DNA from: an uncultured Gammaproteobacteria bacterium
GTDB taxonomy: Bacteria > Pseudomonadota > Gammaproteobacteria > SZUA-152
Direction: 5' to 3'
NCBI GenBank assembly: GCA_913009875.1
Contig: CAJVYS010000004.1
Span: forward strand, 4,137-68,136
DNA: 64,000 bases
The notes beneath the pieces were generated by a model. It ran no database searches. It worked only from the letters and a program-made list of their open reading frames with translations, and was not told where the DNA came from. Shown piece after piece: positions 29,480 to 46,774 of this stretch (position 1 is the stretch's first letter; each line of letters begins with the position of its first letter). The translations under genes and the position numbers were made by a program.

Positions 29480-29680
29480 GCAAAGCTCGCAAAGGCGCAA
29501 AGGTCGCAAAGGTTTTTGAAAAAAATCCCTGATTTCTTCGTCATTCCGGTGAATGCCGGAATCCAGCGGAATGCTGGATCGTGTCACTGGATTCCGGGTT
29601 TGCGCTGCGCTTCACCCGGAATGAAAAAATTTAGATTTATTTTTTTACTTTGCGATCTTTGCGCCTTTGCGATCTTTGCG
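29480..29680. repeat. ~200-bp highly structured intergenic element: outer inverted arms of CTTTGCG/CGCAAAG heptad repeats enclosing nested palindromes
   Basis: GCAAAGCTCGCAAAGGCGCAAAGGTCGCAAAGG ... CTTTGCGATCTTTGCGCCTTTGCGATCTTTGCG; inner ATTCCGGTGAATGCCGGAAT, CCAGCGGAATGCTGG, CCGGAATCCAG..CTGGATTCCGG. Confidence 0.45.
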
Positions 29681-29688
29681 TTATCTCC

Positions 29689-31200
<1,512 letters not shown>

Positions 31201-31210
31201 ATGACTTTTT

Positions 31211-35707
<4,497 letters not shown>

Positions 35708-35887
35708 GGCTGTTCGCTTCGCCGTGGCCCCTGCGGATTTCGGGGGCTGGTATTTGTTCTTTAAAATCAATAAGTCGACAGGAGTATCTGACCCGGTTAT
35801 ACGGGCTTCCCGCAGGCAAAATGGTCACGCATTATACTGGCGCGGTGGTTTTGGTTCAATCGGACGCCACTGGCGGCGGCCTGTGGC

Positions 35888-37543
35888 TTACTTGAGGGCC
35901 TGCTGGATGTCGCCGAAGCGGCGAATCCAGGGCTTTTGCTTGTGCAGGGCGCGCGGCAACTGGCTGCGGGCGCCGATGGCCTGTTGCTTGCTGGCATATT
36001 CCCCGTACACCAGGGCATACCAGGGTTTGCCCTTGCGCTGGGTTTGGTAGAAGGCGAGGTGCTGCTTGAGCTGGTGTCGAGCGATGAATTTGCGCAGCGT
36101 GTCCAGCCGCTCGCCGGCGATCAGTTGCAGGGTGAAGTGCTGCGGGTCGCGTGACAATAGCCATTCGTTGCCATGGGCGGGTAGCCAGTCTGGCAGGGGT
36201 TGCCACTGCTTGGTGAGCGGGGTGTCGGCGGCAGGTTTTGGCGTCTTGGTGGGTGGCGTTTTCGTTGATTCAACCTTGGCCGGAATGGAGCCCCCGGGAG
36301 TTGGCGTGTCGGTTTTTCGGCTGGCGGTTTTTCTCGGTACGGGTGTCTCCATCGGTTGTGGCTTGCCGCCGATGGGGTGGGGACGGTGTGGATGCAGTGG
36401 TTGATCCGGGGCTTTTTCGTGCGCGGTGTGTCCGGTTATGGCGGCAATCGCCTCGTCCATGCTGGCGGGATTGGGCGATGAGGCGGGGACATCATCGTTT
36501 TTCTGTGCCGGAATGGCCAATGCCAGTTGGCTGCGCTCGGTGGTTGCGGGTGGGGTTGCCGGGGTAGCGGACATGTCCGCCGGCGGTTCTGCCGTTGTCG
36601 TCTCCGCGCCGGATGGCGTGTCAAACAGGTCGCCGATGACATCCCAGACGATGAAGGTCAGCAGGATGACAATAATGAGACTGATGCCAATCAGCCGTTT
36701 GGGCTTGTAGAGGTCTCGGTCGGAGATACCGGGCAGCTCGGATGGGCGTTCGCTGCTGGGCAGCGAATCCATCAACAGTTTGTGCGCCAATGTGTTGAGT
36801 CGCCCGGGCCAGCCTTCGGACTGTTTGTGCAGTTTGTGCAGTGCGCCCTCGGTGAAGGGTTCGCCGGCAACGAAACGGGCGGCGGACAGGCGGTGCAGGA
36901 GGTAGTGGGTGCTGTGCTCTTCGTCGAAGGGTGGCAGGTCGATGATACGATGAGGGGTGCCGGCAAATTGCGCCAGCAGGGGATCGTCCAGCTTCTCCTC
37001 CAGGCCGGGCTCGCCGAACAGGATGACCCGCAATAGGGGCTTGTTGGTAAAACTTCGCAGGGATGCCAGCTGCAGTATCCGTTGCAGGGCGGTGATGGTG
37101 AGCAGGTGGGCGTCGTCCACCAGAAGCACGCCCTGGCGGGCGTTGTGCAGCAGACTGTCGAGGTGGTATTCCAGTTGCTCCAGTAGCTCGGGATGGGTGG
37201 CGCCGCGGAAATTCAGCTCCAGCTGGTGGTAGATCTGCTGGATCAGGTTGCGTTCGTCGATGCCGCCGCTGGCCTCGACGCGCACCACTTCCCAGGTCTC
37301 CGAGGCCCTGGCGATGTATTGCTGTAGCAGGGTGCTTTTGCCGCTGCCCTCGGGGCCGGTGACCAGCAGCAGCTCGTCGTTGTACTGGGTCAGGTGATGC
37401 AGGATGTCGAGGCGCTGGGTGCGGGTGGGTTCGGCGTAAAACAGGTCGAATTCGATGGTGGCGGCGAAGGGTTCGCGCGCCAGTCCGTAAAAGGCCAGAT
37501 AGGGAGAGGCCTGTGTCTGCTGTTTTTGTGTGCCGGGATTCAC
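35888..37543 (-). CDS. AAA-ATPase (ExeA/MshM-like) fused to a Pro/Thr-rich linker and a C-terminal SPOR domain (DamX-like, PA5037-type)
   Basis: Walker A GPEGSGKST; TM segment; low-complexity PT-rich region; C-terminal SPOR-like domain (WYALVYGEYASKQQA). Confidence 0.7.
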   Translation of the reverse strand: MNPGTQKQQTQASPYLAFYGLAREPFAATIEFDLFYAEPTRTQRLDILHHLTQYNDELLLVTGPEGSGKSTLLQQYIARASETWEVVRVEASGGIDERNLIQQIYHQLELNFRGATHPELLEQLEYHLDSLLHNARQGVLLVDDAHLLTITALQRILQLASLRSFTNKPLLRVILFGEPGLEEKLDDPLLAQFAGTPHRIIDLPPFDEEHSTHYLLHRLSAARFVAGEPFTEGALHKLHKQSEGWPGRLNTLAHKLLMDSLPSSERPSELPGISDRDLYKPKRLIGISLIIVILLTFIVWDVIGDLFDTPSGAETTTAEPPADMSATPATPPATTERSQLALAIPAQKNDDVPASSPNPASMDEAIAAITGHTAHEKAPDQPLHPHRPHPIGGKPQPMETPVPRKTASRKTDTPTPGGSIPAKVESTKTPPTKTPKPAADTPLTKQWQPLPDWLPAHGNEWLLSRDPQHFTLQLIAGERLDTLRKFIARHQLKQHLAFYQTQRKGKPWYALVYGEYASKQQAIGARSQLPRALHKQKPWIRRFGDIQQALK

Positions 37544-37742
37544 TTGGGGGTGTTCTCAATGGATTAAGACCATAACTGCCGGCCCTTTGGGTTGCGCCTG
37601 AAAAAAACGCTATGCTGCGTTGTTCGTCGTTCATTTGCAAATGAGTCAATTTCTCCCCTCACGCCTCGTCTCAGGGCGTCTACTTTGAGGGGAGGGGTGG
37701 CATCGGCAAACATCCGCGCCGGGCACTTGATCATACGCGAAC

Positions 37743-37892
37743 GATGCGGTTCGCTACCGCTCACCGGCATCCTACACGGTATTTTGAGACGTATTGTCCG
37801 GTTGGGTTTCAAAACGGGTCTACCGATCCATATCCGGACTTTCAGTCCGTAAGACTAACCTACCCGCTTTGGCGGGTGGTGGTTGTTGAGTG
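37743..37892 (+). ncRNA. Candidate structured RNA/repeat element, copy 2
   Basis: Homologous to 7507-7640; same three hairpins, terminal hairpin ACCCGC-TTTG-GCGGGT with a compensatory change, then TTGTTGAGTG; 10 nt from the stop of the convergent WGR gene. Confidence 0.4.
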
Positions 37893-37902
37893 AGAACGCT
37901 CC

Positions 37903-38145
37903 CTAATCCCCCTTGACGAAAACGACGCGAAAGCCGCGTTTGAGTTGCGCATCGCGGGCGTTAATCAGCGCCGCGACGCCGGCCTCGCGCTCGTCGAAGT
38001 GTTTTTTCGTGACCCGCCCGGAAGAGCCCTGCCGTCCGGATTCGTGCACCAGGTTCCAACCGCTGATCAGATCCTTCTGCAGGAGCAGGTGATAGTAGCG
38101 GGGCGCATTTCCACTGTCGGGCGGTGTCTGCAGGTAGATTCGCAT
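37903..38145 (-). CDS. Small standalone WGR-domain protein (80 aa)
   Basis: MRIYLQ...GWNLVHESGRQGSSGRV...LKRGF matches the WGR-domain pattern. Confidence 0.65.
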   Translation of the reverse strand: MRIYLQTPPDSGNAPRYYHLLLQKDLISGWNLVHESGRQGSSGRVTKKHFDEREAGVAALINARDAQLKRGFRVVFVKGD

Positions 38146-38174
38146 GGGGGGAAGGGTACTGGATATAGCCCTTG

Positions 38175-39335
38175 TCAGGTGAGTTTTGCCGGGGTAAAAA
38201 TGCGCTCGTATTCCTGGATGGCGTAGCGGTCGGTCATACCGGCGATGTAGTCGGCGACGGCGCGCGCGCGGCCACTGATGCCGGTTTCGGCCTCCAGTTC
38301 GGCGGCCTTGTGCTGGGCCTCTGGCGGCAGCAGCAGGGGGTCGTCGAGGAAGCTGTCGAACAGGGCTCGGATGATGCTGCGCGCCTTGGAGGTCATGCGG
38401 TGTACACGGTAGTGGCGGTACAAGTGATTGCGCAGAAACTGCTTCAGTTCCCGGTTCATGGTCTGCATGGGCTTACTGAAGCCGGCCAGGGGGGCTGGTT
38501 GGTCGAGGATGTCGTTGCGCGATTGTGGTGCGGCGGCGGCCAGATGTTCGCGGGTGGTCTCTATCAGATCCGAAACCTGGCGGTTGATCATGCGGCGGAT
38601 GATTTCGTGAATGGCGCGACGCCGTTGCAGGCTGGGGTAGGTAGCCATGACGGTTTCGTGTTGTTCGCGGAACAGCTGGATCTCGCACAGCTGCTCAATG
38701 TTGATGAGGCCGGCGCGCAGGCCATCGTCGATGTCATGATTGTTGTAGGCGATCTCATCGGCGATGTTGGTGATCTGTGCTTCCAGGCCCGGTTGTTGCT
38801 TTTTCAGGAAGCGTTCGCCGAGTTCACCCAGTTGGCGGGCGTTGTCCGCCGAGCAGTGCTTGAGGATGCCCTCGCGGGTTTCGAAGGTGAGGTTAAGACC
38901 ATCGAATTCGGCGTATTTCTCTTCCAGCTGGTCGACGATACGCAGGGATTGCAGGTTGTGCTCGAAGCCGCCGTGGTCGCGCATGCACTGGTTGAGGGCG
39001 TCCTGGCCGGCATGGCCGAAGGGGGTGTGGCCGAGGTCGTGGGCGAGGGCGATGGTCTCGGCCAGTACCTCGTTGACGCCGAGGATACGCGCCACGGAGC
39101 GGGCGATTTGTGCGACCTCGATGGAGTGGGTGAGGCGGGTACGGAACATGTCGCCTTCGTGATTGACGAATACCTGGGTCTTGTATTCGAGGCGGCGGAA
39201 GGCGGCGGAGTGGACGATGCGGTCGCGGTCGCGCTGGAATTCGCTGCGGTGTTCGGGGGGCGGTTCGTCGTGGCGTCGACCGCGCGAGTTGGCGGCGGTG
39301 CTGGCATAGGCAGAGCGTGCGGTGAGTTCCATCAC
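38175..39335 (-). CDS. dGTP triphosphohydrolase-like protein (HD domain, Dgt type 2)
   Basis: HD motif [11 protein letters not shown]...[13 protein letters not shown]; 386 aa; ATGA overlap with the aroB stop. Confidence 0.85.
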   Translation of the reverse strand: MMELTARSAYASTAANSRGRRHDEPPPEHRSEFQRDRDRIVHSAAFRRLEYKTQVFVNHEGDMFRTRLTHSIEVAQIARSVARILGVNEVLAETIALAHDLGHTPFGHAGQDALNQCMRDHGGFEHNLQSLRIVDQLEEKYAEFDGLNLTFETREGILKHCSADNARQLGELGERFLKKQQPGLEAQITNIADEIAYNNHDIDDGLRAGLINIEQLCEIQLFREQHETVMATYPSLQRRRAIHEIIRRMINRQVSDLIETTREHLAAAAPQSRNDILDQPAPLAGFSKPMQTMNRELKQFLRNHLYRHYRVHRMTSKARSIIRALFDSFLDDPLLLPPEAQHKAAELEAETGISGRARAVADYIAGMTDRYAIQEYERIFTPAKLT

Positions 39336-40447
39336 CGGGTTTGTGCCTCGCGGTGGAAAGCATCGAGGGTCTCGCGCAGCTTGGCGGCATCGTAATCGTC
39401 CGTGATGACGCTGCCGCCGATGCCGGTGAGTAGCACCAGACGCAGCCGGCCGTCCTGTACTTTTTTATCCACGGCCATCCATTTCAGGAATTCGCCAGCA
39501 TCCAGTTCCGGTGGAGTGTGTACCGGCAGGCGGGCGAGTTCGGTGATGGCGCGGATGCGCGTCAGCTGCCTGTCATCGAGCCAGCCCAGGCGCCGTGACA
39601 GGTCGGCGGCCATCAGCATGCCGGTGCCCACCGCCTCGCCGTGCAGCCAGACGCCATAGCCCATGGCGGCCTCGATGGCGTGGCCGAAGGTGTGGCCCAG
39701 GTTGAGCAGGGCGCGCTGACCGGATTCACGTTCGTCGGCGGCGACTACTTCGGCCTTGTTGCGGCAGGAACGCTCAATGGCATAGACGAGCTGTTGCGGG
39801 TCGCGGGTCAGCAGCTCAGGGATATGCTGCTCCAGCCAGTCGAAGAATTCGGCGTCGCGGATCAGACCGTATTTGATCACCTCGGCGATGCCGGCGGAGA
39901 GCTGGCGGTCGTCCAGGGTATTGAGGGTCTCGGTGTCGGCCAGCACACAGCGTGGCTGGTGGAAGGCGCCGATCATGTTTTTGCCCAATGGGTGGTTGAC
40001 ACCGGTCTTGCCACCTACCGAGGAGTCCACCTGCGCCAGCAGGGTGGTGGGCACCTGGATGAAGTGTACGCCGCGTTGATAGGTGGCGGCGGCGAAGCCG
40101 GTGATGTCACCCACCACGCCGCCGCCCAGGGCCAGCAGGGTACAGCTACGGTCGAAGCGGTGTTCGAGCAGGGCGGTGTAAATGGTGTTGACGGTGTCGA
40201 GGGTCTTGTACTGCTCGCCGTCGGGTAGGATCACCGTTTCGACCTGGAAGCTGGTGAGGGATTTCAATACACGTTCGAGGTACAGCGGGGCGACGGTCTC
40301 GTTGCTGACCACCAGTACCTGCCGGCCGGGGATGTGCGGTGCCAGCAGCTGCGGCTGGTCGAGCAGGCCGCCGCCGATGTAGATGGGATAGCTGCGGTCG
40401 CCGAGGTCTACCGTCAAGGTCCGCAGGGTGTCGATAGTACTGTTCAA
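39332..40447 (-). CDS. aroB: 3-dehydroquinate synthase
   Basis: [42 protein letters not shown] motifs. Confidence 0.9.
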   Translation of the reverse strand: MNSTIDTLRTLTVDLGDRSYPIYIGGGLLDQPQLLAPHIPGRQVLVVSNETVAPLYLERVLKSLTSFQVETVILPDGEQYKTLDTVNTIYTALLEHRFDRSCTLLALGGGVVGDITGFAAATYQRGVHFIQVPTTLLAQVDSSVGGKTGVNHPLGKNMIGAFHQPRCVLADTETLNTLDDRQLSAGIAEVIKYGLIRDAEFFDWLEQHIPELLTRDPQQLVYAIERSCRNKAEVVAADERESGQRALLNLGHTFGHAIEAAMGYGVWLHGEAVGTGMLMAADLSRRLGWLDDRQLTRIRAITELARLPVHTPPELDAGEFLKWMAVDKKVQDGRLRLVLLTGIGGSVITDDYDAAKLRETLDAFHREAQTR

Positions 40448-40962
40448 AGGCCGAGATCCTTGAATTGTTGCAACAGCGAATTGGTGACGTTGCGCACCGG
40501 TTTGTTGTCAGTGATGAGAACCAGATCCGCGATTTCCCGGTAGAGGGGGTCGCGCACGGCGAGGATTTCTTCCAGTTTCTGGCGCGGGTTTTCAGTCTGC
40601 AACAGGGGTCGCCGGGTGTCGCGTGCGGTGCGTTGAAAGAGTTGCTCGACGGGGGCGCTGAGATAGACGACAAAGCCGCGCCCGGCGAGATGCTTGCGGT
40701 TGTCCGGATCCAGTACGGCGCCACCGCCGGTGGCGAGGACGATGTTCGGCTGGCGGGTCAGTTCATCGATCATGGCCTTTTCACGGCTGCGGAAACCGGC
40801 CTCTCCCTCCAGTTCGAAAATCAGCGGGATGTCGGCGCCGGTGCGGGCCTCGATTTCCTTGTCGCTGTCATAGAACGGCCGCCCGAGGCTGCGTGCCAGC
40901 TGCCTGCCGATGGTGGTTTTTCCGGCCCCCATGGGGCCGACGAAAAAGATGTTTCCGGGCAT
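40444..40962 (-). CDS. aroK: Shikimate kinase
   Basis: [23 protein letters not shown]; 172 aa. Confidence 0.9.
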   Translation of the reverse strand: MPGNIFFVGPMGAGKTTIGRQLARSLGRPFYDSDKEIEARTGADIPLIFELEGEAGFRSREKAMIDELTRQPNIVLATGGGAVLDPDNRKHLAGRGFVVYLSAPVEQLFQRTARDTRRPLLQTENPRQKLEEILAVRDPLYREIADLVLITDNKPVRNVTNSLLQQFKDLGL

Positions 40963-41110
40963 GTGGTGTTCGATGCGTTGATTAGTGGGTGATTATATAG
41001 GGATTGGGGGAGGGGCGCACGGCCGGATATTGGAGCGATGGGAAACAAAAAAGGCGACACATCGCTGTGCCGCCTTTGCGGTTGCTTGCTTGCTGTCGGA
41101 GGAGGGCGTC

Positions 41111-43639
41111 TTACCGGGTTGAAAACTCTTCTTTGACGATCTTTGGTGTGACAAAGATGAGTAATTCTTTTTTGGTGTTCTGCTCGAGCGTGGTACGGAA
41201 CAGTACACCGACGAAGGGCAGGTCGCCCAGCAAGGGGATGCCGTCGCGCTGTTCTTTGTTGGTGGTCTCATAAACGCCACCCAGCACCACGGTTTCACCG
41301 TTGTTCATCAATACCTGGGTTTCCACCTGCTTGGTGTCGATGCTGGGTACGCCAGCGTAGATTTGGCCGACACTGTCCTTAGTAACCTTGAGGTCGAGGA
41401 TGATGCGGTCGTCCGGGGTGATCTGCGGCGTGGCGCGCAGGCTCAGCACGGCCTTCTTGAATGAGACATTGGTGGCTCCGCTGGAGGCGGCCTGCTGGTA
41501 GGGAATTTCCGTACCCTGTTCGATCACGGCCTCCTGCCGATTCGCGGTAATCACGCGCGGGTTGGAGACCACTTCACCGCGGCCTTCCTGTTGCAACGCG
41601 GACAGCTCCAAATCCAGCAGGGTATTGGCACCGAGCAGCGAGAAGGCGATACGGCCGGCATTGGTGGCTGTGAGGGGGAAGTTGACATTCATCCGCTGGT
41701 CGATGCCTAGCGGGCCCGTCGGCACCTCGATGGGGAAAGAGCTCCCTGTGTCCGCGCGGTTTGACATCGCCGAGGCGGCCATGACGTCGGTGGCATTCGC
41801 TGTGCCCGAGGTCATCAGCAGGTTGTCGCCTTGCTGGCTGACGTCGGTTACACCAAAGCGTACGCCGAGGTTCTTGGCGAAATCGTCAGAGGCGATGACG
41901 ATGCGGGCCTCGATCAGCACCTGGCGTATGGGGATATCCAGAGAGGTAATCAGGTTGCGGACGGCCTCCAGTCGATCGACGGTATCGGAGATCAGCAGCA
42001 CATTGGTGCGCTGGTCGATAGCGACTTCGCCACGTTCGGAGAGCAGGCCACCCTTGCTTTTCAACAGGTCTGCTATCTCTGTCGCCTTGGCGTAGTTGAT
42101 CTGGATAATGTCAGTCTTCAGCGGAGCCAGTTCCTCCACCTGTTTTTGCGCTTCCAGTTCAAGGCGTTCCTGGGCGGCGATTTCCTGGCTGGGGGCGACG
42201 AGGATGACGTTGCCGGCCTTGCGCATGGCAAGGCCTTTGGTCTTGAGGATAATGTCCAGCGCCTGATCCCAGGGAACATTCTTCAGGCGCAGGGTCAGGC
42301 TGCCGCGTACGGAGTCACTGGTAACCATGTTCAGGCCGGTGAAGTCGGCAATGAGCTGTAGAACGGCACGCACTTCGATGTCCTGGAAGTTAAGCGACAG
42401 TTTTTCACCGGTGTAGCCGAATTCATCCTTCTTCTTGGCGGCGGCCTTTTCCTTGGGGATCTCCTTTACTTCGATGGTGTAGGTATTGCCGGCATGGTAG
42501 GCCAGGTATTCGTAGTCACCGGATGCCGAAATAGCGAGGCGGACACGGCCATCGATCTGGCTGGCGTCGATATATTGTACCGGGGTGGCGAAGTCGATGA
42601 CGTCGAGGCGTTGCTGCAGGTTTTTGGCCAGGCTGCTGTCGGCGAACTCGACGAAGATCTGACGGCCGGATTCGCCTGTACTGACGGGGGTATTCTGGTC
42701 GGAGAGGCTGACAATGATGCGGCCTTCGCCCTGGGTGCCACGGCGGAAGTCGATGTTTTTGATGTGATGCAGGCTGGCTACGGGGCCTGCCTTTGCCGTG
42801 GACTCTCCTGTGGAGGCTGTACTTGCGGCGGTGCGGCTGCCGGCGATGGTCAGGACGACATCGTTCCCGGAGACTTCGCTTTCAAAGGGAATAAGCTGAA
42901 CGAGATTCAGGATGACACGGGTGCGATTGCCGGCCTCGACGGCGGTGACACTTTTAGCGAAGCCGATGCCGATGTTTTTATTCTTCCAGTTCAGACTGCT
43001 GCTGGTCTGCGGAAAATCGAGCACCACCCGGGCCGGGTGATCGATGGTGAAGCTGCCCGGCTTGACGGCTGGGCCATTAAACGTCAGACGAACCTGCACA
43101 CTGTCGCCGGGCAGGGAGGTAAAGGTGATGTTTTTCAGGCTGGCCAGATTGTTGTTTGCTGGTGTCTTGTTCGCCGGTCTTTTTTCTACCGTGGGTGCCG
43201 GCGCTGGCTTGGCGGCAGGTGCGGTTGTGTCGGTCTTGGTTGCACTGTCAGCCGAGTCTGCGGCCAGTGTGATGTAAAGATTTTTTCCTTCCGTGCGAAC
43301 CTTATAGTCGACAAGCTTGTCAACATTGATCATCACGCGGGTGCGGCCGCTGGCCTGCACGGCCTTGATGTCCTTCGCGGCCCCGGTTTCGATGGGTAGC
43401 GGCAGATTCCAGGGGAGGTTGTTGCTCACACCCGGCAAATCCAGTGAGATACGGGCGGGGCTTTCGCTGGTGAAGTCCTTCGTTTGTGGTACTTCGCCGG
43501 AAAGGGCCAGGCGGATTTCGACGCGATTGTCGTCGAGTTTCTTGAAATCAATGAAATCCAGGGTGGTTTCGGCAAGTGTTTGCGCTTGGGCAAAAACGGT
43601 CAGGCCAGCCAGTGCGATGCCAGTAAGTAGTTTTTTCAT
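41111..43639 (-). CDS. pilQ: Type IV pilus secretin PilQ (with extended N-terminal AMIN repeats)
   Basis: Signal peptide, repeated AMIN-like modules, C-terminal secretin domain; start at MKKLLTGIALAGL inferred. Confidence 0.85.
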   Translation of the reverse strand: MKKLLTGIALAGLTVFAQAQTLAETTLDFIDFKKLDDNRVEIRLALSGEVPQTKDFTSESPARISLDLPGVSNNLPWNLPLPIETGAAKDIKAVQASGRTRVMINVDKLVDYKVRTEGKNLYITLAADSADSATKTDTTAPAAKPAPAPTVEKRPANKTPANNNLASLKNITFTSLPGDSVQVRLTFNGPAVKPGSFTIDHPARVVLDFPQTSSSLNWKNKNIGIGFAKSVTAVEAGNRTRVILNLVQLIPFESEVSGNDVVLTIAGSRTAASTASTGESTAKAGPVASLHHIKNIDFRRGTQGEGRIIVSLSDQNTPVSTGESGRQIFVEFADSSLAKNLQQRLDVIDFATPVQYIDASQIDGRVRLAISASGDYEYLAYHAGNTYTIEVKEIPKEKAAAKKKDEFGYTGEKLSLNFQDIEVRAVLQLIADFTGLNMVTSDSVRGSLTLRLKNVPWDQALDIILKTKGLAMRKAGNVILVAPSQEIAAQERLELEAQKQVEELAPLKTDIIQINYAKATEIADLLKSKGGLLSERGEVAIDQRTNVLLISDTVDRLEAVRNLITSLDIPIRQVLIEARIVIASDDFAKNLGVRFGVTDVSQQGDNLLMTSGTANATDVMAASAMSNRADTGSSFPIEVPTGPLGIDQRMNVNFPLTATNAGRIAFSLLGANTLLDLELSALQQEGRGEVVSNPRVITANRQEAVIEQGTEIPYQQAASSGATNVSFKKAVLSLRATPQITPDDRIILDLKVTKDSVGQIYAGVPSIDTKQVETQVLMNNGETVVLGGVYETTNKEQRDGIPLLGDLPFVGVLFRTTLEQNTKKELLIFVTPKIVKEEFSTR

Positions 43640-43731
43640 CCATTTTTCCCGCGTCTTGTGAGACATGTCGCTTGTTGTGCTGATTATTTTCATGCAGTTG
43701 ATAATGCCCATTTTCAGTGTCCTCGCTGGCA

Positions 43732-44307
43732 TCATTCGCTGACGGTCAGGGTTGTACGTCTTTCGATCCAGCCACCGAGCCCGTCCGGTACAATTTCTTT
43801 CAATTCTACCTCGGTCTCGGTGATGCTGATGACTTCGCCGTTATCCTGGCCCATGTGCTGGCCGGTGGTTGTGCGATGCAGGGTGCCATCTGACGCAATG
43901 ACCAGTGCCCAGCGCCGCCCTTTTTTCTCGATGGAGCCAACCATGCGAAGGCTGCCCAGGGAATACTGTTCCAGGGCTTCGCGTTCCCGCTTCAGGTCGG
44001 GCTGAAGGTCCGTGTTGGGGCGCCGGACATTTGCCGTGGCTTTTTCCGGCGGCTCAAAGGGGTCGCGCAGTGACGTTTCGTCATAAGTAAACTTTTCGTA
44101 TTCCAGTAACTCGGGGAGCGGTGGAATAGTGCTTTTTTGCCGCTGTTCGACCTCCTGGACATAGGTTTCCAGGCCGTCCGTGTTTTTCCCCCCGCAGCCG
44201 CTAAGCCCGATGGCTGACAGAAGGGCGAGTATACACCATCCCCTGGCTGGGGCTGCCCGGCGGCCAGCCAGATGCTGTGCGCGAGTTGGGGCGTTGTGGC
44301 TCATCAT
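43732..44307 (-). CDS. pilP: Type IV pilus assembly lipoprotein PilP
   Basis: Lipobox LSGCGG; position between pilO and pilQ. Confidence 0.75.
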   Translation of the reverse strand: MMSHNAPTRAQHLAGRRAAPARGWCILALLSAIGLSGCGGKNTDGLETYVQEVEQRQKSTIPPLPELLEYEKFTYDETSLRDPFEPPEKATANVRRPNTDLQPDLKREREALEQYSLGSLRMVGSIEKKGRRWALVIASDGTLHRTTTGQHMGQDNGEVISITETEVELKEIVPDGLGGWIERRTTLTVSE

Positions 44308-44942
44308 CTGCCCTTCCTTTTGCGAGTGTTGCTGGTGGACTTCTCGTCTTCATCGAGATAACGATAGGTCTTTGCGGTGGCCGACATGGTCAGCTGACCA
44401 CTCTTGTCGTCTTTGTTTTTGGTTTTGTGTGTGATAGTGAGGTCATGCAGCGTGACGATGCGTGGTAATGCTGCGATACCGCTGACGAAATTGCCAAACT
44501 CGTGGGCCGTACCGATGACGCGTAGCTGAATGGGGAGTTCGGCATAAAACTCCTTGGGTATTTCGGCAGCGGGTTTGAAGAGTTCAAATTCAAGTCCGGT
44601 TTGAATGCCGACATGGGACACATCGACAAGTACCTCGGCCACTTCGGTCTTGCCGGGCAATTGCTGCAGCAGGGTGCCGAAGGTATGTTCCATTTCCTGC
44701 ATCTGCTCTTTATAGGCAGCCAGATTGGCGGCTTTGGCCTGTTTCTTTTCAAATTCGGCCTTAAGGGTGATTTCTTTGGCTTCCGCTTGTTCCAGGGTCA
44801 ACAGCTGGTCGCTGATATCCAGGTAGTAGCCGAGGAACAACAGGATCCCGCAGAGCAGGGCGACGACAACAGCGCGTGCCGCGACGGGCCAGCTGCCAAT
44901 GTTGTTGAAGTCGAGATTGTTCAGGTCGAGGTCGAGATTCAT
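44304..44942 (-). CDS. pilO: Type IV pilus assembly protein PilO
   Basis: Single TM, coiled coil, position in cluster. Confidence 0.8.
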   Translation of the reverse strand: MNLDLDLNNLDFNNIGSWPVAARAVVVALLCGILLFLGYYLDISDQLLTLEQAEAKEITLKAEFEKKQAKAANLAAYKEQMQEMEHTFGTLLQQLPGKTEVAEVLVDVSHVGIQTGLEFELFKPAAEIPKEFYAELPIQLRVIGTAHEFGNFVSGIAALPRIVTLHDLTITHKTKNKDDKSGQLTMSATAKTYRYLDEDEKSTSNTRKRKGR

Positions 44943-45501
44943 TTTTCTTTCTCCTCCACCTTGCCGTTGGTCAGATTCACCGTGAGCTTGAACCAGCTGT
45001 CATTCTCATAGGGCGCCTTGCCGGTCTCGATGACAGTCAGCCTGGGATTGGTAAACCACGGAGAGAGATTGAGGTTACGCATGAACTCGGAAATGTCCTC
45101 GTTGGAGTCGGCAACACCTTCGAGATGAACCGCACGCCCTGTACGGTTCAGCTTGATCAGATAAACCTGCTCAGGGATGATTCTTGCAATCTCATCAAAT
45201 AAATGGACGATTTCGGATCGGCTGCTCTGCAACTCTTGAATGATCTGCATGCGTGCCAGCAGGGCCTGTTTTTCCTTCTCCAGGCTTTCGATTTCCTTGA
45301 TCTCCGCGTCGACACGGGTGATTTGATCCTGGATGAAGGTATTACGGGCCTGCTGGCCTTCGATCATGCCATTCATATGGATGTGCGTCAGCGCAATGAT
45401 GCCAAGCATGAGTATGGCGGCGCCGGCGGCAATGTTGATAAACAGCCGTTGCCGCTCACGCCGGAGTTCTTCGCGCCAGGGGAGCAGATTAATGTGTGGC
45501 A

Positions 45502-45502
<1 letters not shown>
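44939..45502 (-). CDS. pilN: Type IV pilus assembly protein PilN
   Basis: MPHINLLPWREELR signature start. Confidence 0.8.
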
Positions 45503-46590
<1,088 letters not shown>

Positions 46591-46774
46591 TCATGCAGGT
46601 AAGCAGATTATCGGTAGTTATACGACAAACTTTACGATAGATCAAAACTGCACTGAAAAAAATAGTATTGGGTTGATCTTATTAGAGGTTTTATACTCTG
46701 TCGACTCTGTCTACGCTTAACTGCATGAACCCCATCACAGAAACCTCCTTTGGAAGCCTTGCTGCCCCCTGTTT

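Noticed and set aside
29480-29680. Possible CRISPR array (short repeated CTTTGCG/CGCAAAG units; MITE TIRs)
   Set aside because: Units are 7 bp with 3-4 bp spacers and form inverted, not direct, arrays. There are no 25-40 bp direct repeats with unique spacers and no cas genes.
38175-39335. dGTPase as a clearly horizontally acquired defense gene
   Set aside because: Its start overlaps the aroB stop (ATGA) and its GC content matches the flanks, which is more consistent with a resident operon member. It is kept only as a moderate-interest hypothesis together with the WGR gene.
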